The notes below the pieces were generated by a model that saw only the letters and a list, made by a program, of their open reading frames with translations, had not been told where the DNA came from and ran no database searches. A stretch of DNA of 64,000 bases from an uncultured delta proteobacterium (lineage in GTDB: Bacteria > Myxococcota_A > Polyangia > Fen-1088): NCBI GenBank assembly GCA_963755125.1, contig CAVWIP010000010.1, positions 320,001 to 384,000 of the forward strand, read 5' to 3'. The position numbers were made by a program, and so were the translations under genes. Positions 17,867 through 27,432 of this stretch are shown here, in pieces; the stretch's first letter is position 1; each line of letters begins with the position of its first letter.

Positions 17867-19405
17867 TTGCTGCGCCTGTCGGATCTGTTACAGGGAATAT
17901 CGGGCACGCGCATCACGACGGGTGACGGGCAAGTCTTGATCTGCGAAGTGCGCGACGACTCCCGTCTGGTGCAGCCAGGGGATCTCTTCATCGCGGTCCC
18001 GGGAACCAGGCTCGATGGCCGGCGCTTCATTGACGAGGCGAAGGCCAAGGGAGCAGCGGCCATTCTCACCGAGGAGGGCGGCGCCTCGCCCGATGGCGCA
18101 ACCGCGCTGGTGTTCGTGCCCAACGTCCGGCTCGCGCTGGGCGTGGTGGCCGCCCATCGCTACCAGGCGGCGCAGGCTCTGACCCTCACCGCCGTGACCG
18201 GCACCAACGGCAAGACCACCACCACCTACCTGATAGAAGCGATCCTGGCTGCGGCCAGCCGCCGCCCCGGTGTCATCGGAACCGTAGGCTACCGTTTTGC
18301 CGGCAAGACGCAGGAAGCGCCGCTCACCACACCCGGCGCCCTGCAACTCCACTCTCTCTTCGCCCAGATGAAAGACGCGGGCTGCTCTGACGTGGTGCTG
18401 GAAGCGTCGTCCATCGCCCTCGATCAGGGGCGGCTGCACGGCTGCCGCTTTCGCGTGGCTGGCCTGTCCAACATCACCCAGGACCACCTCGACTACCACG
18501 GCACCATGGAACGTTACCGGGCCGCCAAGGCGATTCTCTTCCGAGAGTTGTTGTCATCAGCGGGCGGGGTCGCGGTGCTGTTTGCCGACGACCAAGACGG
18601 GCTTGCCATGCGCCGCGAAGTCCGCAGCCCCGTGCTGACCCTGACTCGACAGCCGTGCGGCGCCGACGTCGCCGTGCTCGATCGCCGGCTGGGCGCCGAG
18701 GGGACCACCCTGCGGCTCGACACCCCTTCGGGGCCGCTCGCGATCGCCTCACCACTGGTGGGCGAGTTCAACCTGGCCAACATCCTGTTGGCCACCGGTA
18801 TGGCACTTGCCCACGGCATCGACCGCGATGCCATCACCACCGGCATCAGCCGCGTGGGTGGAGTTCCGGGCCGCCTAGAGCGCGTCACCAACCCGGCGGG
18901 CGTCCTGTGCCTAGTCGACTACGCGCACACGCCGGACGCGCTGGAACGGGCGCTCGATGTCTTGCGTCCACTGAGCACAGGCCGCGTGCTGGTCGTGTTC
19001 GGGTGTGGCGGCGACCGCGACAAGAGCAAACGGCCGCGCATGGGCCAGGCCGCCGCCGAGCGCGCCGATGTGGTCGTGGTCACATCCGACAACCCGCGCA
19101 CCGAAGACCCGACCACCATCCTTGACATGATTGTGGCTGGCGTGGAAAAGACCGGCATCGTGCGCCGGACAGCTTCCGAGCTGCGCCAAGGCCTGTCGGG
19201 TTTCCACGTGGAGCCGGATCGCCGCGCGGCCATCGGCCTGGCCGTGGCCCTCGCGCGGCCAGGCGACACCTTGCTGATTGCCGGCAAGGGCCACGAGGAC
19301 TACCAGATCCTGGGCACCCAGAAGATTCACTTCGATGACCGCGAAGTCGCCGCGGCTGCTTTCGCAGCCCGCGCCAGCCGCGTGACTCCTGGAGGTGCCG
19401 CGTGA
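17867..19405 (+). CDS. murE: UDP-MurNAc-tripeptide synthetase (meso-DAP type)
   Basis: VTGTNGKTTT, DHLDYHG, DYAHTPDAL, DNPR, AGKGHE. Confidence 0.96.
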   Translation: MLRLSDLLQGISGTRITTGDGQVLICEVRDDSRLVQPGDLFIAVPGTRLDGRRFIDEAKAKGAAAILTEEGGASPDGATALVFVPNVRLALGVVAAHRYQAAQALTLTAVTGTNGKTTTTYLIEAILAAASRRPGVIGTVGYRFAGKTQEAPLTTPGALQLHSLFAQMKDAGCSDVVLEASSIALDQGRLHGCRFRVAGLSNITQDHLDYHGTMERYRAAKAILFRELLSSAGGVAVLFADDQDGLAMRREVRSPVLTLTRQPCGADVAVLDRRLGAEGTTLRLDTPSGPLAIASPLVGEFNLANILLATGMALAHGIDRDAITTGISRVGGVPGRLERVTNPAGVLCLVDYAHTPDALERALDVLRPLSTGRVLVVFGCGGDRDKSKRPRMGQAAAERADVVVVTSDNPRTEDPTTILDMIVAGVEKTGIVRRTASELRQGLSGFHVEPDRRAAIGLAVALARPGDTLLIAGKGHEDYQILGTQKIHFDDREVAAAAFAARASRVTPGGAA

Positions 19406-20826
19406 CGAAACCAGCGAAGCGAACCCTGGCGTTCGCCTGCAAGGCCATGGGAGCGACGGTTGTGGGAACGCCCACCGCACTGGCGACGGCCCGATTCGCC
19501 GGAGCCGCCAGCGACAGCCGCGAGGTGAAACCCGGTCGCCTCTTCTTTGCCCTGCCCGGCGAGCGGGTGGACGGCTTCGATTTCTGCGGGGCTGCGGCCC
19601 AGGCCGGGGCGGCTGCGGTGGTGGTGGCTGATGGACGGGGCCGGCCGGCCGGCTGCAGCGGGATTCCAGTCATCGCCGTGGCTGACCCGCGCAAGGCGCT
19701 GGGCGACTTGGCGGCAGCCGCGCGCAAACAGTACCGGGGCCGCGTGGTGGGCGTCACCGGTTCCAACGGGAAAACCACGACCAAGGAACTCATCGCAGCG
19801 GCACTTTCGTCCGCGGGCCAGGTCCTGCGCACCCAGGGCAACCTGAACACCGACGTGGGATTGCCCCTGACGGTGCTGGAGGCCACGGCCAAGGAGGATT
19901 TCTGGGTGCTGGAAATGGCCATGCGGGCGCCGGGCGAGATTGCGTACCTGGCTCGCATCGCCGAACCGCATGTCGCGGTGGTGACCAACGTGGCGGCCGC
20001 GCACCTGGGCCGGCTGGGCTCACTCGACGCGGTGGCGCGCGCCAAGGGTGAAATCTTTGGTGGCCTCTCCCCTGACGGAATTGCCGTGCTGCCGGTCGAC
20101 GAACCCCGCCTCGAACCCGAGGTCGCTGAGTTGCCCGAGGCGCGCAAGCGACGTTTCGGCTTCGCCGACGCAGCGTCCGCGCGCGCCTTCGTGAGGATCA
20201 TGGAGTTTATCCCGGCCGGCGCAGCGGGCTCGCTGATCCGCCTGTCGGTCGGGTGCGAACCGGTGGTGGTGCGTCTGCCTTTGGCGGGCGAGCACAACGC
20301 GCGCAACGCTGCCGCGGCGCTGGCCGTTTCACACGCGCTCGGGGTTCCGCTCTTGCCGGCGGCCGCGGCCCTGCAGCGCGCGACCCTTCCGCCGCACAGG
20401 TCGCATGTGCTCTCGTTGAATGGACGCACGGTTCTGGACGATTGCTACAACGCCAATCCGACGTCGATGTCTGCCGCGCTGCACACCCTGGTGGCGTCGG
20501 CAGGCCGCTTCGGTCGAGCCTTCGCCATCCTGGGCGACATGCTGGAACTAGGCGAGGCCGCCGCGGATCTGCACCAGGCCATCGGCCAAGACGCGGTCCG
20601 GATCGGCGTGGCTGGTCTGGCGGTGCTGGGATCGCTCGGCGCCAAGATAGCCGAAGGCGCCACCGCGGCCGGCCTGCCCGCCAGCCGCGCCGTGGTCTGC
20701 GACGATCCGGAAGCAGCCGCACAAGCCGTGTCCACCTGGTCTGGGCCGGGCGACTGGATCTTGGTGAAAGCCTCGCGTGGCATGCGTCTCGAACGTGCGG
20801 TAGAGGCCTTGCGAAAGAAGTTCTAG
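19402..20826 (+). CDS. murF: UDP-MurNAc-pentapeptide synthetase
   Basis: VTGSNGKTTTKE, DDCYNANP, GDMLELG, LVKASRGM. Confidence 0.96.
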   Translation: MTKPAKRTLAFACKAMGATVVGTPTALATARFAGAASDSREVKPGRLFFALPGERVDGFDFCGAAAQAGAAAVVVADGRGRPAGCSGIPVIAVADPRKALGDLAAAARKQYRGRVVGVTGSNGKTTTKELIAAALSSAGQVLRTQGNLNTDVGLPLTVLEATAKEDFWVLEMAMRAPGEIAYLARIAEPHVAVVTNVAAAHLGRLGSLDAVARAKGEIFGGLSPDGIAVLPVDEPRLEPEVAELPEARKRRFGFADAASARAFVRIMEFIPAGAAGSLIRLSVGCEPVVVRLPLAGEHNARNAAAALAVSHALGVPLLPAAAALQRATLPPHRSHVLSLNGRTVLDDCYNANPTSMSAALHTLVASAGRFGRAFAILGDMLELGEAAADLHQAIGQDAVRIGVAGLAVLGSLGAKIAEGATAAGLPASRAVVCDDPEAAAQAVSTWSGPGDWILVKASRGMRLERAVEALRKKF

Positions 20827-20829
20827 TTC

Positions 20830-21945
20830 ATGTTGTTTCATCTTTTTGCGCAGCTCCGCAGCAGTTTTGGGTTTCTCAACGTCTTTCGCTACGTCTCCTC
20901 GCGGACCATGTTGGCGACCATGACCTCGCTGCTCATCACCTTCGCGTTGGCGCCCTGGTTCATTCGCCGCGCCCGCGAGCGACAACTGGGCGAAATCATC
21001 CGCGACGACGGCCCCACCACTCATGCGGTCAAGCAGGGCACCCCGACCATGGGCGGCGCCCTCATCATCATGGCTCTGGTCACCGGGACGGTGCTGTGGT
21101 GCGATCTCACCAGCCCGCTGGTGTGGCCGGCGCTGTTCGTGACCGTGGGCTACGGCGCGCTGGGCTTCGTCGACGACTACCTGAAGATCACGAGGAAGAA
21201 CAAGCGCGGGGTGCCCGGCAAACTCAAGCTGCTGGTCCAGTTCGTGGTGGGGGCGGTGGCGGTGGGCTGGTTGTTCTTTGGCGATGCCCTGGACCCGTCG
21301 GTGCGACAGCGACTGGCGGTTCCGCTGCTCAACTTCGAGCGCCATCCTCTGGAAATTCCGGCGCTCGCCTACGCCGCGTTCGGGCTGGTCGTGATCGTGA
21401 TGGGTACCTCCAACGCGGTCAACTTGACCGACGGGCTCGACGGACTGGCCATCGGCCCGGTGATCGCGTGCGCTTTCACTTTCATGTTGTTGAGCTACGC
21501 CGCCGGCCAGACCCTGGCGGGTTTCAACATCGCCCACTACCTGGGTATGGCCCATGTGCGCGGCGCCGGCGAGCTCACGGTCTTCTGCGGGGCCATCGTG
21601 GGCGCCGGCATCGGATTTCTCTGGTACAATACGCATCCAGCGCAGGTCTTCATGGGCGACGTGGGTGCACTGGCTCTGGGAGGCGCCATCGGCTTCGTGG
21701 CGTTGGCGACCAAAACCGAGCTTTCCCTCCCCATCATCGCCGGTGTCTTCGTGGTGGAAGTGCTCTCCGACGTCATCCAGGTCGGCTACTACAAGATCAC
21801 CAAGAAGCGCATCTTCCTGATGGCGCCCATCCATCACCATTTCGAGAAGATGGGCTGGCCCGAGTCGCGCATCGTGGTCCGCTTCTGGATCGTCTCCTTC
21901 TCTTGCGCGGTGCTGGGGCTGCTGCTCACACTGAAGGTTCGCTGA
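20830..21945 (+). CDS. mraY: Phospho-MurNAc-pentapeptide transferase
   Basis: KQGTPTMGG, GFVDDY, NAVNLTDGLDGL, FMGDVG, MAPIHHHFE. Confidence 0.97.
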   Translation: MLFHLFAQLRSSFGFLNVFRYVSSRTMLATMTSLLITFALAPWFIRRARERQLGEIIRDDGPTTHAVKQGTPTMGGALIIMALVTGTVLWCDLTSPLVWPALFVTVGYGALGFVDDYLKITRKNKRGVPGKLKLLVQFVVGAVAVGWLFFGDALDPSVRQRLAVPLLNFERHPLEIPALAYAAFGLVVIVMGTSNAVNLTDGLDGLAIGPVIACAFTFMLLSYAAGQTLAGFNIAHYLGMAHVRGAGELTVFCGAIVGAGIGFLWYNTHPAQVFMGDVGALALGGAIGFVALATKTELSLPIIAGVFVVEVLSDVIQVGYYKITKKRIFLMAPIHHHFEKMGWPESRIVVRFWIVSFSCAVLGLLLTLKVR

Positions 21946-23345
21946 TGCAGCTCTTTCAGCGCGCCCTGCTCGGCAAGAAAGTCCTCGTGGTGGGATTGGG
22001 ACGCTCGGGGGTCGCCGCCGCCCGCCTGTGTACCGCCCGCGGAGCCCAGGTCACCGTCACCGACAAGCAGCCGGCCGAGGCGCTGGGTGCGGCGCTGGCG
22101 CAGCTACCGCCCACGGCCAAGCAAGAGCTGGGCGGGCACAAGCCCGAGACTTTCCTGGCCGCCGACCTCATCGTGTTGTCGCCAGGCGTGTCTCCCTTGC
22201 CCGAACTGCAGGCAGCGCGCGCGCGAGGCGTCCCCATCACCGGCGAGCTGGAACTGGCGTCATGGTTCGTGGACGCACCCATCGTCGCCATCACGGGGAC
22301 CAACGGCAAATCCACCACCACCACCTTGTGCGGTGCCATTCTTGCGGCCAACGGCCGGCCCACCTTCGTGGGAGGCAATCTGGGCGTGCCGCTTGCCGAG
22401 GCGGTGGGCACGCCGGCCGCCGAACAGGGCGGCGCGTGTGTGCTCGAGGTGTCGAGTTTCCAGCTCGAGACCGTCGATTCGTTCCGCCCTCAGGTGGCGG
22501 TCCTGCTCAACATCACAGCCGACCACCTGGATCGCCACGGCACCCTGGATGCCTACGTGACGATCAAGACGCGCATTTTCGCCGCACAGACCGCGGCAGA
22601 CTTCGCGGTCCTCAACATTGACGATCCGCTGGTCGCCGCAGCGGCTAAGAAGATTCGCAGCCACTGCGTGCTGATCTCGACCCGGCACGCGCTGGTCGTG
22701 GGTGGGTGGCTCGAGGCCGATGCTCTGTGCGTGCGCCTCGCGGGTGGACCGATCGAGTACTATCCCGCTCACCTGCCGGGGCTGGTCGGCCGGCACAACC
22801 TGGAAAACGCCTTGGCGGCGCTGGTGGCGGGCCGCCTGGCCGGCGCGCTGCCCGCCGAGGCCCGTCATGCCCTGGTGACCTTCCGTCCGCTGGCGCACCG
22901 GATGGAGCTGGTGGGCGAGCTGGACGGCGTCTTCTTCTACGACGATTCCAAGGGCACCAACGTGGGCGCGGTGGTGGCGGCGCTCGATCGCTTTCCACGC
23001 CCGGTGGTCCTGATCGCTGGCGGCCGCGACAAGGGCGGCTCGTACGAGCCGCTGGCCAAGATCATGAAACAGGCCGGTCGCGCTGCTGTCCTGATCGGCG
23101 AAGCAGCGCCCAAGCTGCGCGAGGCACTGGCGCCAGTGGTGCCGGTTGAGATGGCGGCCAGCATGGAAGAAGCGGTGGCACGGGCCACGACCATGGCCAG
23201 GAGCGGAGATGCCGTGCTGCTGTCTCCTGCCTGCTCCAGCTTCGACATGTTTCGCAACTACCAACATCGCGCCGAGGTCTTCCGGGCCGCAGTCAAGGAT
23301 GTCATCGCCCAGAAGCGCGGCGGACGGCCGGAGGGATCCCCATGA
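21945..23345 (+). CDS. murD: UDP-MurNAc-L-Ala:D-Glu ligase
   Basis: GLGRSG, ITGTNGKSTT, LEVSSFQLE, DDSKGTN, LSPACSSFD. TGATG overlap with mraY. Confidence 0.96.
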   Translation: MQLFQRALLGKKVLVVGLGRSGVAAARLCTARGAQVTVTDKQPAEALGAALAQLPPTAKQELGGHKPETFLAADLIVLSPGVSPLPELQAARARGVPITGELELASWFVDAPIVAITGTNGKSTTTTLCGAILAANGRPTFVGGNLGVPLAEAVGTPAAEQGGACVLEVSSFQLETVDSFRPQVAVLLNITADHLDRHGTLDAYVTIKTRIFAAQTAADFAVLNIDDPLVAAAAKKIRSHCVLISTRHALVVGGWLEADALCVRLAGGPIEYYPAHLPGLVGRHNLENALAALVAGRLAGALPAEARHALVTFRPLAHRMELVGELDGVFFYDDSKGTNVGAVVAALDRFPRPVVLIAGGRDKGGSYEPLAKIMKQAGRAAVLIGEAAPKLREALAPVVPVEMAASMEEAVARATTMARSGDAVLLSPACSSFDMFRNYQHRAEVFRAAVKDVIAQKRGGRPEGSP

Positions 23346-24601
23346 GCCTGAGTGAACGCGTGGCCGGATGGGTCGGTCCCAAGCACCCGGGCGGTGGGGG
23401 CTCTTTGTCGCAAGGACCGGATCGCTTGCTGGTCGGGGCCATACTGGCTTTGACCGGGTTTGGCGTGGTGATGGTGTTCTCGGCGGGCGCGGCGTTCGCG
23501 GCCAAGACTTATGGCGATTGGACCTACTTCCTCAAGCGCGAGGCGGTCTACAGCGGGGCTGGCCTGCTGGCCTTCGTCGTCGGCATGCGGCTCGACTACT
23601 CGGTCTACCGTCGCCTGGCCTATCCCCTGCTGTTCCTGTCTATGGTCATGCTGGCCGTGGTGCTGAAGGTTGGGCCGGCCATCAACGGGGCTGTGCGCTG
23701 GTTCCGCTGGGGCGCGCTGTCGTTCCAGCCGTCGGAGCTGGCCAAGTTCGCCCTGGTGCTCTACCTGGCGGTGCTGCTCGCGCGCAAGGCCGAGAAGGTC
23801 AAGGACTTCTCCATGGGATTCCTGCCTCCCCTGGTGATGACGGGGATCTTCCTGCTCTTGCTGCTCAAGCAGCCTGATCTGGGCACCGCGGTCATCATCG
23901 GCGTCACCGCGCTTGGTCTGCTCTTCGTGGCCGGCACGCGCTCCAGCTACATTCTACTGTCGGTGCTGGTCGCGGCGCCCATCGGCTGGAAGGTGTTCAT
24001 CGCGGGCGAGCCCTGGCGCATGCGGCGCTTTCTCGCTTTTCTCTATCCCTGGCAGTTTCGGCGCGACACTGGCTACCAGCTCTACGAGTCGCTCATCAGC
24101 GTAGGCTCCGGAGGTCTTTGGGGCCAAGGGTTGGGCCAGGGCCACCAGAAACTCTTCTTCCTGCCCGAGGCCCACACAGACTTCATCCTGGCCATCATCG
24201 GCGAGGAACTGGGCCTGGTCGGCGTGCTGGCTGTCCTGCTGGCCTTCACCGTTCTGGTGTGGCGCGGCCTGCGCGCAGCCGCGCGCGCGCGTGACGCTTT
24301 CGGGTGCTACCTGGCATTTGGCGTGACCCTGCTCTTCGGATTGCAGGCCCTGGTCAACATGGGCGTGGTGCTGGGCCTGCTGCCCACCAAGGGACTGCCG
24401 TTGCCCTTTGTCAGCTACGGCGGCACGGCCTTGGTGATGAGCCTGTTCATGGCGGGCGTGCTGGCCAACATTTCTGCGCGCAACCCCGAGCCCGTGCCCC
24501 TGTCGTTGTGGCAATCCCTGCGCAGCAGCCGTGGCCGTGTGTCGAAGAACCGCCGCAGCGACGCCTCGGACGTGCAAGTGGTAGTCGAGGCAAAGTCGTG
24601 A
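23342..24601 (+). CDS. ftsW: SEDS peptidoglycan polymerase FtsW
   Basis: FQPSELAK, QPDLG, LPEAHTDFI, GEELG, LPFVSYGG. Confidence 0.96.
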   Translation: MSLSERVAGWVGPKHPGGGGSLSQGPDRLLVGAILALTGFGVVMVFSAGAAFAAKTYGDWTYFLKREAVYSGAGLLAFVVGMRLDYSVYRRLAYPLLFLSMVMLAVVLKVGPAINGAVRWFRWGALSFQPSELAKFALVLYLAVLLARKAEKVKDFSMGFLPPLVMTGIFLLLLLKQPDLGTAVIIGVTALGLLFVAGTRSSYILLSVLVAAPIGWKVFIAGEPWRMRRFLAFLYPWQFRRDTGYQLYESLISVGSGGLWGQGLGQGHQKLFFLPEAHTDFILAIIGEELGLVGVLAVLLAFTVLVWRGLRAAARARDAFGCYLAFGVTLLFGLQALVNMGVVLGLLPTKGLPLPFVSYGGTALVMSLFMAGVLANISARNPEPVPLSLWQSLRSSRGRVSKNRRSDASDVQVVVEAKS

Positions 24602-24602
24602 C

Positions 24603-25685
24603 ATGCGCCTGCTGATTGCTGGAGGCGGTACCGGCGGCCATCTCTACCCTGGGATAGCGGTTGCAGAAGAAGTCGTCCGGCGCGGCGGTCAGGCGCTGTT
24701 CGTGGGAACCTCGCGCGGATTGGAGGCGCGCGCCGTGCCTGCCGCTGGCTACCCACTGGAGCTGCTGGAGGTGAGCGGCCTCAAGCGCGTGGGCTTGATG
24801 GCAGGCCTGCGCAGCCTGTTTCGTCTGCCCAAGGCGTTCTCTCGTTCGTTGTCCATTCTTCGGCAGTTTCGTCCCGACGTGGTGCTGGGCGTGGGCGGCT
24901 ACGCCTCGGGGCCTATGGTGCTGGCCGCGGCGCTTTGGCGTTACCCCACGGCGATTCAGGAACAGAACAGCGTTCCTGGGATGACCAACCGAATTCTTTC
25001 GCGACTGGTTCGGGTTGTGATGGTGGCCTTTGATGAAGCACGAAGATCTTTCCCGGCCGGCAAGACCGAAACCATCGGCAATCCCGTGCGCAGCAAGCTG
25101 GTGGCGACTTTGACCGGCGCGGCTGACGGCGAACAAAGCGCACCGTCTCGCATTCTGGTTGTGGGCGGCAGCCAGGGAGCACGCGCGGTCAATGACCTGG
25201 TGCTGGCCGCTGTCGAGATGCTGGCCAAGAAAGGCGCACTGCCAGCCATTGTCCACCAGACCGGGCCCAGCGATGAAGAGCGTTGCCGCAAACGCTACCG
25301 CGCGGTCGGCGTGGCCGATCAAGTCGACGTGCGGCCCTTCATCGACGATATGGCGACCGAATATCATCGCGCCAGTCTGGTGGTGGCGCGCGCCGGTGCG
25401 CTGACCCTGGCCGAGCTGGCCATTGCCGGCCGACCCGCCATCCTGATTCCCCTGCCCACTGCCGCCGACGATCACCAGAGCAAGAACGCCGCGCGTTTCG
25501 CCCAGGCCGGCGCAGCCATTGTGCTCGATCAGCGCACTTCGACCGGTGCAGAGCTAGCCCAATTGCTGGGCGATTTGCTCGCCGATTCCGCCCGCCGCCA
25601 GGCGATGGCCGCAGCCATGCTCAGCCTGGCGCGGCCAAATGCAGCCGCGGAAATCGTCGACAGGTTGGAGAGACTGACGAGCTAG
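24603..25685 (+). CDS. murG: Lipid II GlcNAc transferase
   Basis: AGGGTGGHLYPG, GGYASGP, EQNSVPG, GNPVR, GGSQGA. Confidence 0.97.
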   Translation: MRLLIAGGGTGGHLYPGIAVAEEVVRRGGQALFVGTSRGLEARAVPAAGYPLELLEVSGLKRVGLMAGLRSLFRLPKAFSRSLSILRQFRPDVVLGVGGYASGPMVLAAALWRYPTAIQEQNSVPGMTNRILSRLVRVVMVAFDEARRSFPAGKTETIGNPVRSKLVATLTGAADGEQSAPSRILVVGGSQGARAVNDLVLAAVEMLAKKGALPAIVHQTGPSDEERCRKRYRAVGVADQVDVRPFIDDMATEYHRASLVVARAGALTLAELAIAGRPAILIPLPTAADDHQSKNAARFAQAGAAIVLDQRTSTGAELAQLLGDLLADSARRQAMAAAMLSLARPNAAAEIVDRLERLTS

Positions 25686-25749
25686 AGCACCCTATTCACG
25701 AGCGCTGCGACGGCTTGTTGGGCGGTCCCTCGCACGGTAGTATTGGCTT

Positions 25750-25959
25750 ATGCAGAACTTCACGGCCGTGATCGAGCGAGACGAGGCTACTGGTCTCTTC
25801 GTGGGCTATGTGCCTGGCTGGCCTGGCGCCCACTCGCAAGGGGCTACCCTCGACGAACTACACCAGAACCTCGAGGAGGTCATCGCGATGCTGCTCGAGG
25901 ACGGTGCTCCAAAGCTCGAAGGGGAGTTCGTAGGGACGCAAACGGTGAAGGTCGCCTAG
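25750..25959 (+). CDS. hicB: HicB-family antitoxin (short form, no DNA-binding domain)
   Basis: FTAVIERD..VGYVPGWPGAHSQGATLDELHQNLEEVI. Confidence 0.88.
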   Translation: MQNFTAVIERDEATGLFVGYVPGWPGAHSQGATLDELHQNLEEVIAMLLEDGAPKLEGEFVGTQTVKVA

Positions 25960-25962
25960 ACC

Positions 25963-26187
25963 ATGGGCGATGTGCCGGTCCTGAAGCCTCGTGAAGTCGC
26001 CGCGATACTTGCCAAACTCGGATTCATTCAAGTCCGTCAACGTGGTTCGCACTGCCAGTACCGACACCCGGATGGGCGGGTGACGACCGTTCCGTTTCAC
26101 CAAGGTCGTGACATCTCTCCGGCTCTGCTCCGGGCAATCGCCCGCGACATCGGAGTGGACATCCGCGAGTTCATCGCCAAGTCCTAG
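25963..26187 (+). CDS. hicA: HicA-family mRNA interferase toxin
   Basis: LAKLGF..VRQRGSH..HPDGRVTTVPFH..DIS. Confidence 0.9.
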   Translation: MGDVPVLKPREVAAILAKLGFIQVRQRGSHCQYRHPDGRVTTVPFHQGRDISPALLRAIARDIGVDIREFIAKS

Positions 26188-26347
26188 CCCTTCAGCGGTT
26201 CGGACCGCATCCGAACGCCGCCAGGATCCGCCCAACGGCTGCAACGGCATTATGGCGATTGAGATGCCAGGAGTCTCCACAGCCGCACCAGGCCTGGTCG
26301 GTTTTCGCGTCCGATATCCAGAAAACGCGACAATGAGTTCCCTTTGA

Positions 26348-26749
26348 TTAGCCGCGGCTTGGCGACGCATTCAGCACCACTGCATTTCGGATGAGGGCCT
26401 TGAACGCAGGCTCGTCAAGCTTCTCGCCTTCATGAAGGTCGATGGCACGCCTTACATTGCCCTCGAGGCTGGAGTTGAAAAGCCCCGAGGGATCCTTCAG
26501 TTGAGCACCTTTGGCGAACGTCACCTTCACGACGCTCTTGTAGGTCTCGCCTGTGCATATCATTCCGTCGTGGTACCAGACCGGGACGCCCCGCCACTTC
26601 CATTCTTCGACAATTCGGGGGTCGGCCTCCTTGATCAGGGAGCGGATCCGGGAAAGTACCTCGCCGCGCCAGTCGCCCAGCTCCTTGATCCTCGCGTCTA
26701 TCAAGCGCGATGGTGAGTCAGCTTTCCGCGGTGTATCGTCCTTCTTCAT
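26348..26749 (-). CDS. DUF1801 (YdhG-like) protein
   Basis: DWRGE, EEWKWRGVPVW, FAKGAQLKDPSGLFN, RRAID. Confidence 0.85.
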   Translation of the reverse strand: MKKDDTPRKADSPSRLIDARIKELGDWRGEVLSRIRSLIKEADPRIVEEWKWRGVPVWYHDGMICTGETYKSVVKVTFAKGAQLKDPSGLFNSSLEGNVRRAIDLHEGEKLDEPAFKALIRNAVVLNASPSRG

Positions 26750-27075
26750 GTCTTCCGCCTGTCTGGCAATCCTAGCACCCGCTTAAGCGATGTCGTCAAC
26801 GCCTCGGCATTCACCCGCGAGCGGCCGTCCGCGGCCGATCGTCAGCTTCAACGGCTTTATGGGTACTCCGTTCCGGACTCGAGTTCGACGGCTCACCTCG
26901 ATGGCGTGATGGCTTGCGCTCCGACGGCCCCGGCCGCATGGAATGCGATCTTTCTAGGTATAGATATTGACGCGAAGGCATTTGCTGATGGAGTGCGCCT
27001 CACCAGGAAGACCCACGAAGACCTGCCTGACGCCCTTGTAGCCGTGTTCGCGGAGGTCCTGGAGGGGTGTGGGGT

Positions 27076-27279
27076 TCATGTTGAAGACCGCCGCCTCTCA
27101 ACCCCGTAGCCGGCCAGCAGATCTTTCCGATGGGAGATGCTGGCACCGATTCTCACGTTGGTCCGTCGAACGTCTATTCCCTCGATCTCTATCTCGACCA
27201 GGGCGAAGAGCAGGGCGAAGCCGAACAGGAAGACGATGCGGGGCAAGGCTGCCAGGAAGAAGGCCGTCAGGTCGCTCAT
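27076..27279 (-). pseudogene. Truncated membrane protein gene
   Basis: AAAGGA SD then a hydrophobic N-terminus ending EIEIEG. The sequence loses membrane character at the attC-like end (27171). Confidence 0.4.
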
Positions 27280-27432
27280 GTGCGTCCTTTTGCGAACAGG
27301 ATAGAGACCTGCTGGCCGCGCTGGACCAGACTCTCGACGCGGCGGTGGCGGCAAAGCCGTCAGCGGGATAGCGGATTCCGTCCTCCCTCAACCAGCTACG
27401 AATTTCCGAAACGCGGTACTACAATGGTGCTC

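Larger units (their letters stand above)
25690..27171 (+). mobile_element. Decayed integron-cassette-like array (attC remnants, no integrase in window)
   Basis: Three related attC right-arm motifs at 25704-25723, 26238-26256 and 26845-26863. Complementary end pairs GTTGGGCGG/CCGCCCAAC (25717/26228) and GTTCGACGG/CCGTCGAAC (26883/27163). A fuller hairpin at 26794-26863. Confidence 0.5.

Noticed and set aside
20253..21944. 5' extension making murD a 1030-aa ORF
   Set aside because: It is an off-frame overlap of murF and mraY with Arg/Gly/Ala-rich composition, a high-GC artefact.
26906..27109. 67-aa ORF inside the second cassette-like segment
   Set aside because: No recognisable domain, and both strands give only short fragments. 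Treated as decayed cargo.
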